Shown here: piece after piece, positions 1-13,746 of the stretch
Layout: each line of letters begins with the position of its first letter
Numbering within the stretch: position 1 is the first letter of the stretch
From: Paramecium tetraurelia
Taxonomy: Eukaryota
Length of the DNA stretch: 64,000 nucleotides
Direction of reading: 5' to 3'
NCBI GenBank assembly: GCA_000165425.1
Contig: CT868043.1
Coordinates: forward strand, 124,001-188,000
Position numbers and translations under genes: made by a program
The notes under the pieces: generated by a model
The model's database searches: none
The model's input: the letters and a program-made list of their open reading frames with translations, nothing else
Told to the model about the DNA's origin: nothing

Positions 1-1031
1 AAACAAGCCAAAATTAGACACCTCAAATAAATGTCAATCAAGGAACTACAAATAGTTGGACTGGAGAATGAGATCTACTTTTGCTACCTGAATAGTGTCT
101 TATAATGTCTGATGGGTATCCCATAATTAAATTCTTACTTTCTGATTTCCTCTTAATCTGAGTGCAAACTCTTTAGTTATGCCTATTCACTACTTTTAAG
201 AAAGGCCTCCAAAGTGCATTACAAAGCACGCATAGTGGCCAAAGAGTTGATCAAAGTTCTACAGAAGCATTTCTCAATCTACGAAATGCATGATAGTTCT
301 GAATTACTGCTCTTCATTTTGGATAAATTCAAAGAAGAAATATTCATTAATAATGCTCTTCAATTGAATCAACTTCAATAATGCCAATTCAAGTAATCTA
401 TCACATTTATTGACGAATTATTCCATGGACAACTCACTTCATTCATTAAATGTTCAGATTGCAATAAAATTAGTCAGCATCAAGATCCATTCTATGATTT
501 AAGTCTACCACTAGTGGGTAAGAATTTCATGTAGCGAAAACTAACAATATAGGAATGTTTAAGTAACTATTTCAAAGAGGAAATGATTGATGGGGGTTGG
601 ACTTGCTCTTTTTGTAACCAGAAGTTTAGGACCATCAAACGGCGTGTTAAAATCTCGTTTGCACCTAACATCTTGGTTTTGCAATTAAAAAGATTCCAAG
701 TCTACCCTTTGTAGAAAAAAATCAAAGAACCAGTCGTCGCTGATATGGAATTGAATATAAAGAAGTAGAATCATCATTTTATTGATTTAGTTTTTGTGTA
801 TCAGAGGTAGTTGATACCAAATATGAGTTGCACTCTATGATTGTGCATTCAGGCACTATAGATTAGGGTCATTATGTGGCTGTGGTCAAGCGGAATCAGA
901 ATGTATGTTTATCTTAATGATTTGTGAAGTTTTATCTCTTCAATGATGATGAAATTGAGCGTCTCTCCCTTAACCAAATCAATCGAATCGATTCTGCTTA
1001 TCTATTCATGTATCATAGGAAAAGTGATTGA
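1..1031 (+). CDS. Ubiquitin-specific protease (peptidase C19/USP), 5' end outside window
   Basis: Ciliate-code translation gives Cys box GLENEIYFCYLNSVLQCL, CxxC pairs, QLKRF and His box HSMIVHSGTIDQGHYVA; two tiny introns (~765-790, ~903-928); TGA at 1029-1031. Confidence 0.9.
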
Positions 1032-1071
1032 TTAATTAACTTTTTTTATTATATTTTCTGTTGAAATTTGA

Positions 1072-2734
1072 ATGAGTTCCAACACTCTCCTCACTTACCT
1101 CCAAAATCAAATCACCCAATTGACACTCAACATAGAACATATACAGAAAGACATTTCTCTACTTCACACCCAATTTGAACAGAAAATATTCACAGCCAAA
1201 AGAGAATGTACTATCATTTTTAACATAAATCATAGTAAATAGTAGAGATGACTCAAACCAAATTTCTATTGAACAAATCAAATAATAATTTGATTACACA
1301 ATCAAAGCCTTAGAATTGAAGATGTTGCAAATTGATGAAAACAAAATGGATCAAAATGAAGCTTATTAAATGATGGAATCCAACAGAAAAACCATACAAG
1401 AAGATGTAGATCTACTCAAAAATGAAATGGCCTATTAAAAAAAGTATTTTGACGATCTCCTCAATGAAAAAATACGCCGTTTAGAAATCTCCACTCTGAC
1501 TGAATAAGTACACTAATTCAAAGATCAGCTCAAACAATACTATTAAGAGGAATAGAGATAACTAAATGAACATCAAACACTTACCAAGTCTCTCCTTAAT
1601 GCAAATAAAAAAGCATTCTTTCAAGAATTAGAAAGAATAGTTCAATAAGTGGACTCTATGAAAATAGAAATTCACGATTAACAATAATTATTTATTAAAA
1701 AACCTGAACTAGAAACTAAAATCAATTAGATTAATTTACAATTAGAATTAAAGTCAGATTTGATTGAAGTGTAGAATGCTCTAAATACATAATAAATCGA
1801 TATTGCCTAAAGATTTTAAGAATTTAAAGATGAAGTCCGTACCGTTTTGGAATTACAAGGAAATGAATTTTATCAATTAATCAATAAGAAAGTATACATA
1901 TTATCTTACAATAGGCAAATCACTCCGAAATCATCTCCCTCTTATAAAATAAAATAGATATGGAAGCACTTCTAATGCATACAGAAGACAAAGTTCCTCT
2001 CAAAGATTTTCATTAACATATGTCATTGATAGAAAATATAGCAGTTGATCTAGGAAAGAAACAAGATGCAACTACATTTGTAGAATACAAAGATGCCAAT
2101 AATTTGTAAATTGCAGAAATGTAAAAGGATCTCCAAAAAAAATTATCTAAAAGAGACTTCAAAGATGTCCTTGACAAAAAAGCAAATCATGAGGATGTGT
2201 CTAAAGCCTTCAACGAAATTCAATAAATTTTATCATCTAAATTTAGTTATGAAGAGTTTAATAGATTCTAATTAAATCAAAACACTCTTAATGAATAATT
2301 ATGTAGCCAAAATATAATAGGAAGATGGCTATTTAAAGGGAACTTTCTAAGTCCAGGAAGTCTAATCCCTTGGAATATATAGGCAATTAACACCCTGACT
2401 GAAAATTTCTTATGGGATAAAGATAAACCGAATATAATTGTGGTGGCTCCTGGTATCTATGAAATAACACTCGGATTCTTTGCTAAAAAAAAACCTAAAA
2501 TTGATATTATGGTTAATGGAGAAACTATAATAAATGCTGTAAACAATAGTAGGTACCAATCATTTTTAATTTAGTTATGTAGTTCATCATTCATCTGGGA
2601 AATTAAAAGATACTAAGACTTCAGTTACCGGCCTAACAATGATTGATTTTATCTCTTTACCTTCTCGAGCAAGAATCAATATTGCTTACCAAGGAGATTT
2701 AGGAGAAGGCTTTTTAAGTTTACGCAAAGTATGA
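1072..2734 (+). CDS. Coiled-coil protein with a C-terminal beta-rich (C1q/TNF-like) domain
   Basis: Long open frame in the ciliate code with two small introns; Q/E/K-rich helical N-terminus; C-terminal GRWLFKG..IPWNIQAINT..GIYEITLGFF..GFLSLRKV*. Confidence 0.7.
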
Positions 2735-3020
2735 ATAAGAAATAGAATGATGCTAATCGACTTTTATAATAATTTAATCCATAGTAAGTTTAAATTCTCT
2801 CTCTTATTAATCCATATTTTTAATTTAATACAGTATTTAGATAATAATTGTATGTATTTGTATTTTATGTTGAATAATTTATAACAACAGAATCTTTATA
2901 ATCAAAGTTGAAATCAATGAGAAATTAATATATCTAATAAGATCAACTTAATAGTTAACTGTTGATGGATTTAGAATTATAGATAGTTTCAATGAAATTA
3001 AGTATTTAATCTTTATAATA

Positions 3021-3939
3021 TCAATTAATTGATGATTTTGTAACAGCTTCGCTTGCTTTTTTCCCTGTAATCGTTCCAAGAGCAAAACCAAAGGCTGCTC
3101 CAATTTTACCTCCCAAACATCCTACAGCTGTAAATAAACCTTAAAAGAATAATTTAACCTTAGTTCTTCTTCTCATTTAAACATAATTAAAAGCTTAGTT
3201 ATATTATTAAGCATTGTGCTATTGATTATTTTGCAGAGTTCCTTATTATTTATCTATTTCACTTATATTTTCATTATCTTTCTATAGTTGTTAATCTAAT
3301 TCTCTTTATAGATTTTTAAGTTGTTCCATTTCTTCTGCTATTTTGAGCAATTCCTCCTCTTCTTCATCCTTTATTCTTTTTTGTACATATATTGTCTTTA
3401 ATACCTAATTCATTTATTCTCTTTAATCAGTAAATTGAGCATTATCCTTAGAATTTAAAACATTTTAAATCAATCCCATAATCCCAGATATTTGACTATT
3501 CATTTCAATCCATTTTTTATCATTTTTATTTTTATTCTTCTCATAAATTCTCTAGAGTTCATTCCTAAGGATAATTAATTTTTCTTCAATCTCTTTTCTC
3601 TTATCTATAATCAATTAAGTTTTATAGTTATTTAACAATTCATTTACCTTCTAAACATCCTCTAAAGCCTCATACATAAATTTTAATTAATACTAATTTC
3701 AATTCCACTTCTGAAATATAATTATCCTCATATGTAAGCAAACGATTTTCCAACTCCACTAGTTTTTTCTTATATTGTCTTCTATCCAAAAAACTCAATT
3801 TGGTGATTGCCTCTTTAATAACGGTGAGCTATTTCCAGCCATGTCCTATTTAAATGCCTTTTAATCTCAAGTCCTACTCTATAAGAATATGAGCTAAAAT
3901 CTTGTCCAAATTATCAATTGCCTCATCTAAGGAATTCAT
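3021..3939 (-). CDS. Syntaxin/SNARE-like coiled-coil protein with a glycine-rich hydrophobic C-terminus
   Basis: MNSLDEAIDNLDK start; one intron near 3648-3675; SNARE-like heptads (LKIAEEMEQLKNLQRELDQQLQKDNENISEID); C-terminal LFFQGLFTAVGCLGGKIGAAFGFALGTITG. Confidence 0.6.
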
Positions 3940-4863
3940 GAAAATTAATTCGGAATGAATGAATAAAAATTATAAAATAATATCGAAAATTAAATGAAGA
4001 TTGTTGACTTATAATTACTTTTATAGAACTACTATAAATTATTCCATTTAAAACCAAATAATCATAAATATGGAACAATTCATAACTTTACAATTATATT
4101 AAATTTTCAATAATAAACTTAGAAGTTTAGGAGGAAATTATTGTAATATTCAAGGGAGATGTTAAAATATTGAAAAATTTAAAGATTTCTTCTTTTAAAA
4201 TAAAAATATTTATGTCAAAAATATTGTGCTCAGAATTTTATTAATTAATGAAACCAAAAATATATAAAATTATCTCCTAATTGTTAACAAACTATGAAAA
4301 TGAAATTCACATGCTTCAAAATGATTCAAAAAACGATAAATTTTTGAAAGCTATATTAATATAAATAAACTTTTGAAAACAATTATTAAACAAATTAATA
4401 AAACTATATAAACCAAATCATTGCAATCTAAGTAAAAGATATTTACAGTGCTTTTTCATTTATATAAGGAAATAGTAGTAATGAGGATAAAAATTAAATA
4501 AGATTATACTTATTATAAAAGTTTTTAATCGAAATATATTAACCAAAAATCTCAATACAAATCTGATGAATAGTAAGATTAGATCAATGAATGAATATTA
4601 TCGGAAGAGCATAAAAGGTCGTTAGCTTATATCTTATTGAGAGATATTTTTAAATTGCAAATAATAGAAGAAGGAGGTTATTCTCGATTTAATCTTATGA
4701 ATAAAAGCCCAAAATAAATGTTGACGATTTAGAAAATTGAAGGATGTAGAGTTTTCAATTAAAGTTAATGATAATAATATAGAAATTACAATTATTAATT
4801 TTGAATTTATTATAATTTTAATTTTTTATTATTTCTAATAGAATTAATAACACTAATTCGTAA

Positions 4864-5328
4864 TCAATAACCTCCTCTCAATCTCAATACTAAGTGAATT
4901 GTGGATTCCTTTTGGATGTTATAATCTCCAAGTGTTCTTCCATCTTCTAATTATTTTCCTGCAAAAATTAGTCTTTATTAATCAGGTGGGATTCCTTCCT
5001 TGTCCTGGATTTTTGATTTAATCATATCAATTGTTTAGTCTGGCTCAACATCAAGAGTAATTGTCTTTCCACTAAGATTCTTTACAAAAATTTACATTCC
5101 ACCTCTCAATCTCAAGACTAAGTGAAGAGTTGATTCCTTTTAGATGTTATAATCTTAAAGTGTTCTTCCATCCTCTAATTGCTTTCCTGCGAAAATGAGT
5201 CTTTATTAATCAGGTGGGATTCCTTCCTTGTCTTAAATTTTAGCTTTGACAGCATCAATAGTATCTTCTGACTTTACATCGAGAGTAATAGTTTTTCCGG
5301 TTAGGGTTTTTACAAAAATTTGAATCAT
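4864..5328 (-). CDS. Di-ubiquitin precursor (two non-identical ubiquitin units plus terminal Tyr)
   Basis: [108 protein letters not shown]...[12 protein letters not shown]; 465 nt, no intron. Confidence 0.97.
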
Positions 5329-6169
5329 TTCTAATTATTATTATATTTATCAGATCCTCAAACAGGTCTTATAAGAAATACAAAATTCTATTATCTAACT
5401 TCTAATATTCAAAAAATTATTTCTATTAGAACATAATAGAAAAACCAAGCTTTTATTTCGGATATGAACTATTAAAATTTAGAAAATATCATAAACTTCT
5501 TAATTTTTACTTTTTTAATTTATATTTTGGATCTAATAGACACCCTTTATTTTTTCACTGAGAAATTCTCTAATTTGTCTTTACAATATAACTAAATTAT
5601 TAATTCCACTAATTTCTTTAAGGATTATCAAGTTAGACACTATTGAAGAGTCTAATTTTGAAAAACAAGAATAAAATATAGAAGTTTAGAAATTCTCCTT
5701 AAATTTTATTTTAAATCATTAAATCTACATTTATATTTCCAATCTTTAATTTCTTTTTTATTTTAAGTTATTATTCTTTACTTGATATTAAATTATTTAT
5801 ATTTTTTTCTTTTAATAATATTTATTATTATTATGAAAACTTGAAATACATAACTAATTTATGTAATTAAAATCAAATAGAGAGATTGATATTTCTATCT
5901 GAGAATAAGTAGAATTAATGATTAAAAATAACTTGTCATTTTTGATCGCACTTTAAACTTTGAAATAAGATTAATTAGACATGAATCGAGAGAATGAATT
6001 CAAAATATTATTTATCTAAACATAAAATGCAAGTGATGAAATATAAAAAATTAAGGAATTTTAAAATGAATTTTTCACAACTCATGGAGTTAAACTATTG
6101 AAAGTAGGAGGAGATAAATGCTAAAAGTGATTAATTATATAATTTAAATATACTTTTTGGTTAATTCTG

Positions 6170-6733
6170 ATGTCGCAAGTAATGCTAGTTTTGGGTCCGA
6201 ATAGAGTCGGAAAAAGCAGTTTAATCGATGCACTCACTTATGGGCAATTCCATAGGGAATTTTATCCATAAGATATACATTTCTAAGTGAAATTAGCAAA
6301 AGTAGCATAACACAGAGTTTATGAAGTATAATCAATAGAATGGGATGGAAAACCTTTGGGATTGGTTTAATACTATTCGAATGTTGCTGATTTAATATTG
6401 ATAGTTGTTAATATTTGCGGCTGTTACGATTAAATGGACTAGGTTCATGATATATACTAGGCTTTACCAATTACAAATAATAAATAATAAATAGTATTAA
6501 TCGGTAATTTAAATGGATAAAATAAAAGAAATGAAAAACTGTGTTAGAGTCTGAGTTTGTTTGCGAAATTAAATGATCTTAAACTTTATGAGTTAGATAG
6601 CACAAATATCATGAGTGTTTAAATGGAATTTCATTTTATTACTCAACCCTATTCATTGTTTGATGACATTTGGAATAGAAATTAAAATTATGTTACATAG
6701 TTTGTGTCCTAAGCTGTATCTTTATTCAATTGA
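6170..6733 (+). CDS. Divergent Ras-superfamily small GTPase-like protein
   Basis: 187 aa; P-loop LVLGPNRVGKSSL; ADLILIVVNI and IVLIGN strands of a G-domain; G3/G4 motifs degenerate. Confidence 0.65.
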
Positions 6734-7305
6734 TATCTTATAATTTATACCAATATAATCATCATAAGATAAATCCTAAATTGAATAATATCGAATTCCC
6801 AACTCTTAATTTTGTGAATTATTAATAAATAACAATCCTTAAAATGTAATCATCCATAAGAATGGTTCCTATTTTTATACTATTTATTAGATATATAATT
6901 ATTTTGATTTATATTTGGTACTCTTCTCAATAACTAAAATAATGTCAGAAATAAATAAATTAGTTCTGAGAATACTTTTGTTTATGATAATTATTTATTA
7001 TTCTGAATTGAAGGATTTTATGGATAAGAAAGTAATCATTGCAAGATTTTAATTTAAAAATAATTAATAATTATATTAGATTAGGATTTATTAATAAATA
7101 TCCTAATTAGTCCATAAATTCTGGTATTCAACAGATGCTTGTTTGTTTAAGAGTACTTATTTCTAACTTGAAGTAACATTATATAATAATTAAATTTTTA
7201 ATTACTCTTACTAGTCAAGTATGAAATAGGGATTTAGTGTTGGTCAAAATGTACAATTTGAAATATTTTATATAGAAAGATAGGTTTGAATTAGTTAAAG
7301 AAAGA

Positions 7306-7794
7306 TCAACTAAAAACTGTCAAATGTTCGAGCTTAGTCCTTTGTCTCCTCTTATTTCTTGAAAATAATTTTATTTCTTTTTACGAAACTTGACCATCAA
7401 TGTCCTTAACTGTAACTACACTGTTGAAATGAACAGACTTTTTAAGACTGAAATCGTTTTTTAAATCATGATTCTTCTGACATTTTGGTCTTTAAGTATT
7501 AAGATTATATAAAAGATCATCAAATTTATCTTTATATTTTTTTTCTGATTTTGTATGTTCTGTATGCATTTCTTTTTTTGTTGTAAGACTAGATTCAGGG
7601 TAAAATCCCCATTGCTTGAGAATTTACTCTCCCATTTTACTCAATTGGGGCGATTTCTCTTTCACCGGACTAAGTTGCTAAGGAAGTAATAACGGTAAAC
7701 TTGGAATGTGTGAGTGATGAACATTCAGTTTTAAATCTGGATGTTTGTTATGGGACTTAGGTTAATGAGTTTCTAAATGATATCTCATATACAT
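7306..7794 (-). CDS. Hypothetical protein (162 aa)
   Basis: ATG-to-TGA open frame in the ciliate code, less AT-rich than its flanks; no recognised motif. Confidence 0.6.
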
Positions 7795-8087
7795 CGTGAA
7801 TTATAATAATAATAAATGATTCGTAAATTAAATTATCCTTTGTGTGTTAAATATTGAGACATGGATAAAACTATTTCATAATTTCAGCATCACAATATAT
7901 CTGCAGTAATTGAGGAAAGCATGTAAAAAATATTGTGGTTTTTAATTAACAAAAAGAATTTATAATCACAGAATGATTGCTTAGGACTTAGAAATTCATA
8001 AGTTGAAGTGACTATATAATAAGTATTTGTGAATTATTTGTTGCCTTTTTTGAATTATTTATTTTATAATTTATTTGCTCAAAAGGG

Positions 8088-8578
8088 ATGAGTGAAAAAA
8101 AGTTTTAAGAGTTAAGTGATAAAAGGCAAAGTCTTGAGAATGAACTAAAAGTCTTGGAGAAACAAATTTTTGATTTGGAGACAAAATATTTAGAAGAAAC
8201 AGCTGCCACAGGAAATGTTATAAAAGGATGGGAAGGATATACGACAATAAAAAGTGGAAAACTAAATGGGAATGTTTCAAGGAAGACTAAAGCAAATGCT
8301 AATGATCGTATTTTTTCATAAAGCAGCAAAACATCTCCATTTGTAAGATTTATATTAATCCGAGTATTAAATTATAGAGACTGCAGTTGAAGAGCCCAAA
8401 AGTCCTAAGAGTCCATAATTTAGGCCTAGAAGAATAAAGAAAAAGAAGCACTATGGATACAAAAAAGAGTATATATGGGAGTTATGATAGTGATGTTGCA
8501 GAAAATTCATAGGGTAGTTCTTCAGAAGACTTTTAATAGGATTAGGTCAAAAAAGTTAAAGGGTCCAAGAAAATATGA
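8088..8578 (+). CDS. EAF6: NuA4/NuA3 histone acetyltransferase subunit Eaf6
   Basis: LENELKVLEKQIFDLETKYLEETAATGNVIKGWEGY and DRIFSQSS motifs typical of Eaf6/MEAF6; small introns in the 3' half. Confidence 0.88.
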
Positions 8579-8882
8579 AATAATATCTATTATTTATGTT
8601 ATTTTTACATTATAGATTGCCAACATATTTTGGTATTCAAATTAATAATAGAATTCTGTATGAGAGACTATTGAATATATAAATTTGATTTGTTGATTCT
8701 ATGTACATAAATTGAAAGTCAAGATGTTATGGTTAATTAAATAAAAATAATTATAAATATTCTTTGGAATACTACATGAATAATAATATAAAATCAAGTA
8801 GTATCAATATGGAATTTTAGAATCAATAATGATTCATTTAGAGAATAAATTCAAGTTCTGGATTACTTTTTAAGAAATTATT

Positions 8883-9806
8883 ATGAATTAGATTATTTTG
8901 ATATCAATAATAATTTCAATTACTTTAGCTTGCTCATCGAAATAATTAAGATGTGAAGACCTACTTGATTAGATTTCATGCGTGTCTGTTTCATCTCTAA
9001 TGGCAACATGCTATTGGAACACAGAAACAAGTTAATGTGCAGTATTGAAAGCCAAATGCAATTATTATGATAATTAAGAAGAATGTAGGGGATAAGATGG
9101 GTGCGGTTGGAATGAAACTCATTGTGATAAATTGATGATGTAAAAGATAATCATATTATTTTAAAGAAAAAGGAAAGGAATTACATGTGATGAATTTAAT
9201 TCATATGAATCATGTGTTAAAGTATACTCAACTACCTTATCATGTACTTGGGAACACAATAAATGTATACCAATATCTGAATGTAGTGAAATCAATGATT
9301 ATATGTAATGCAGAAATGCAAAACTAAAAGACAGGTAATTATTTAATATATGCCTAGATGCCAATTGGTTATTAACGGTAAGGCATCCTCCATGCAAAAG
9401 CAATATTTTTATTTTGGAGATCTATTTGATGAATATGAATGTAGAGCATTGGATTGCAAATATAACTTAAATTCTTTATATTGTCCAAGCTTTGTGAACG
9501 GAAGAAGATGTTTCCATTATTTTGGTGAATGTACACAATGCTCTTATTTAACAAATAAAAACACTTGTTTAGAACCAAATCAATGCACTTGGGAAAATGG
9601 TGTTTGTAGAAATATATTGTATTTTATAATCAATACATTTTAGATGTTCAGATCTCAAAGGAAAAGATTAGTGTTTATCTAAACCATATTGTTAATTTAA
9701 TGATGCCAATTTAAAATGTGACACAAGAACAGACAACAATTTATATTGCTATGCTAACAACATTACATCTGATCCAGTTAAATCAAAAAAAAAACAAGAG
9801 ATATGA
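8883..9806 (+). CDS. Secreted cysteine/tryptophan-repeat surface protein (small surface-antigen-like)
   Basis: Signal peptide MNQIILISIIISITLA; repeated C..C.W....C units (CYWNTETSQC, CGWNETHC, CTWEHNKC, CTWENGVC); about 3 tiny introns. Confidence 0.75.
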
Positions 9807-9977
9807 AAACTTATTGATTATTTTTTAGTTTTGTTAATCTATATATATTATATTCCAACCAATATTAAAGATAACAAAAAGTTTTATAAAAGAATTCTAA
9901 TCCCTTTAACACATTAGAATTTAATATTATAAAGCAATAAATATGGTTATAGTTATGTAGTTGACATTGATTTTATA

Positions 9978-10619
9978 TCATAATGCTTTTAGATATTTTG
10001 CAATCTATTTATTTAATATTCGCACCATTTTGCATAACTTTACATTTAGTAATAATCTTTTATAGGTTAACTTGTACCATTTGAACAAAATGCTTTTCTT
10101 TTTTCTTTTCTATATCTAAAATATTTTATTTATTGTAAATATGAGTCTTTTGTTATTCCATTGAATTTTCATTAAAGCATTACAAAGTTTTTTAGTTCTC
10201 AGAGTTGATTGTTTTTTGGTTTTTGGAATGGCTTTAAATTCATTAACACTGTTATTTTTTGGTGATTTAAACCCACTGCTAAAAGTAGGAGAGGAAATTA
10301 ACGACTAACTCATTTTCTGATATTTGTATAATCTTATCCATTTAGATAAAGTCTTTATTAAAATTTTCTGATTGTGTTGAGTCTAAATTAGCCTCATTTT
10401 CTTTATTTCAATTTCAAGTTTTCGATGAATTTATGTAAATGCAAATTGGTGTAATTGCTTTCGTATTTTGTTAAAAGTGGCTTCTAATTAAACGAAAAAT
10501 TCTTTTTTGTAAAGGGATTGTCTTTATTCTTTAACTTTGAAATAGGATATATGTGATGTTCTTGGAATTTAGCGAACAGGTGATTTTGATCTTGAACGTA
10601 TAATTTGATTAAAATTCAT
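9978..10619 (-). CDS. Hypothetical basic helical protein (213 aa)
   Basis: 642-nt ATG..TGA frame (MNFNQIIRSRSKSPVR...); several K/L-W-containing helical segments. Confidence 0.55.
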
Positions 10620-11344
10620 ATAAACACATAAATTTTGATTACTCAACAAAATGCCATCTATATCTTCTAAAATTTCAAGAATCCTAAATCATTGAATTCT
10701 AAGAGAAGCACTAAAATGGCTTAAATTCGTATTTACACTTTATCTTATTTTTCTAATAGTTATGACTAGAATAAAAATACTGATTTATATATAATGATCC
10801 TAAGGTTGCAATTAAGATGATACTTTGTAAAAATTATACTTGTAATCTGAGGGTACCATATGAATTTACAAAACTCTTAAATATATATCAACATTAATTT
10901 TTTTGAAGGATAGTTGAATTTCGATAGTTTTTTATGAATAACAGTATTGTTATTGGATTTTATAATAAATAAACATAGTAGTTTAGATAAATAAGTTTCT
11001 TTTTTCCAAAATTAATTGTGTTTTGCGTAACCAATTATCTTTTAATTTATGTAAGTAGTCTCTTTATTTACTTTTCTAAATAAAATATATTTAACCATTG
11101 ATTTATTAGAGTATTCAATTTTATTCATTCTATTAGTTACAAGTATATTGATAATCATTTCAAGGTCTTCAGTAGATTATATGATTATATTTTTTTCTTG
11201 GACCATTTTTAATAAAATATAGTAAGAATTAAAATCTAACACCATTTATCAACTTATTATTCGTAAAATTAAATAGAAATAGACTTCGGAAACTCATAAG
11301 ACATAAATAATATTTTTAGTTTATTACAATAATTACGAAAATAC

Positions 11345-12115
11345 TCACTTATTTATTAATTATTATTCTTTTTATTAAGTCCAACTTAATGCAAATCTAA
11401 TATTATTTCCTTAATGTAATTCTACTTTTTCATTGATATCTTAAAATGAATTTAGACTAGATTTTCTGCCAAGCATTGTTGTGTACATGCAATTTTTGGT
11501 TGAATTTTCAAGCATTCTTTTTACAAAGGAGACTTCCCCTCCTTCTACAAATGTTTCCTAAGTTTAAATAACTCTATTGTATTCTCTTTCTTCTTGATCA
11601 TCATAAAATGGAGGATTACAAACTGTTACCATACCATCTTCTAAGAATTGAAATAGATCTCCAACTTTAAATTCACATTCTATGTGATTTGATTAGGCTA
11701 TAGATCGAGCATGATTAATGGCTTATTCTGATGTATCGACTCCAATTCCTTTCCAACCGTATAATCTATATGCTAAGAAAATCAACACTCCTGAAAAGCC
11801 TGTTCCAACATCATATATTTTTGTGATGGGAAATTTGGATATATCAACTTATAGTTTGACCCATTCAATGTAATTTAGTCGGCATCCTAAAGCAGGAACC
11901 ATCGAAGTTAAGGGGACTGTGAATTCTCTGATTCCAAAATAATAATCCATAATGGATTTGTTCAATTCATTTAGTGCATTTTGATTTTTGTAATCAATGA
12001 TGGTCTCACCTTTGTTGCTGATTTGAATGTATTTTCTAAATTGAGGGTAGTGTTGAGCGAGAGTACGATTGTTAAATTTGTGTTTGAGTTTTTTAATTTA
12101 CTTTTTTTAGATCAT
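11345..12115 (-). CDS. METTL16: METTL16/RlmF-family RNA adenine-N6 methyltransferase (catalytic domain only)
   Basis: IDYKNQNALNELNKSIMDYYFG, RLNYIEWV, SAM-binding YDVGTGFSG, catalytic VCNPPFY, GGEVSFV, YTTMLGRKSS; 256 aa. Confidence 0.85.
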
Positions 12116-12165
12116 AGCGCACAAATGAAGTAGTATTTGTATTTAAATATTAAATTAAGCAAAGA

Positions 12166-13746
12166 ATGTAGGTTGTAAATGTGTCTAATAAACAAATCAA
12201 GAACTTTAACTTGGACACCATTGTAAGAAATGTATGTTTATGTATTAGAATGCTGTCTATGACACACACATAAATTATGCAAAAACTAGATCAATCAACT
12301 GCAGTGACAATTTATTGGGATCAACAGATGGGTTCTCCTAATTCTAATGTCTTTACAACTTGGATCTGAGTCATAACCGTATAAATTAGTTCTTCCAATT
12401 GACTTCATCTTTGGTCGAAATCAATTTGGCTCACAATCTATTGGGAAGTGTGTTTGATGATTTTCAGAAATCTCTAAAATCATAAGGTACTCGTTTATAT
12501 GTAGGTTCATTCTTATCGAATTTGAAGAACCTGAAAATAATCGATCTTAGTTATAATAACATATCATCAATCAGTTCCAACATATTTGATGGCAACACTC
12601 AACTTCGTAAAATCAACTTGAGCAACAACCAATTATCAGGTCCATTGTGGTGTTTTACCAAACTAGAAAATCTGGAGATGTAATACACTGTATATTATAA
12701 TAGAATTGATGTTGGACATAATTAATTAAATATTAACGATTTAAAGCCTTTAGAGAAGTTAAAATTGGAGAGTTTAAATCTCAGATTTAACCCATTAGAA
12801 AACATGGATAAATGTGAAGAGAAACTGATCAAACTTCTACTCTACACTCGTAAGATAGAATTATCATACAATCAATTGGAACAATAAATAATAAATAATA
12901 ATAATTCTAAACACAGTTCTAAATTAGATCACAGCGTAAACAGCAATGATTCTTTGCAATTGCAACCCACTGAGAGATCAACTGCAAGTCGCTTAAGCAA
13001 AGTGAGTAACAGACTTTCAAGACCTAAGACACCACAAAATACTAAAAATGAACCTTAATAAATTAATAGAACCCCTGTGAAGCATTAGAATCAATAGGAA
13101 GTTAAGAAATCAAAATGTGACTTGAAAAAGAATATCAGCATTACTCCAAAGAAAAACAATGGCAATAAGACACCCAAGTAGTAACAATAGGTTTGTCTGA
13201 AAACAGTTGATCAACATGAAGAACAGATTAAGCAGAGAGACTCCTATTAGTAATAGAAATCAACAACTAAAATACCATCTTTGAATTTACAAATGGTTAA
13301 AGTGACTCCATTTTAATTAAGTGAAGTTGGTTCTGAAAGGGAAGATTTTCCTATGTTATTTGAAGAGGATGATGAAAAGTAGTTGCTTGAAGAATTGAAG
13401 TTATTGGGGGAAGCTATAAAATAGAAGAAATAACATGAAATTAGCATTGAAAGACAAATTACAACTAATAAAAATATGATCTCATTAATGAAGATCATGA
13501 TTAAAGGAAGTACTTTATTTTAATTATCCATAAGTTTACCTATACAATGTCAATGAGTATAATTAGGGTTTCGATGATGTTATGACTGAATTGCATAGAG
13601 AAATGGAATCAAAGAATCCAGAATTCAAAGATATCAAACTTAAACTGATGAGGTTCAACAAAGAACATTACGAATTAAATAAAATGTATTAAAGTTTAGA
13701 GTAATCTGAAAGAGTTGTTGATAATATTAAATAATAATTAATTTGA
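12166..13746 (+). CDS. Leucine-rich-repeat protein with a low-complexity middle and coiled-coil C-terminus
   Basis: LKNLKIIDLSYNNISSI, LRKINLSNNQLS, LESLNLRFNPL repeats; about 3 tiny introns. Confidence 0.8.

Noticed and set aside
8105..8329. Hydrophobic minus-strand ORF (likewise 13313-13498, 45048-45317, 45575-45868, 53674-53877)
   Set aside because: Antisense artefacts of real plus-strand genes
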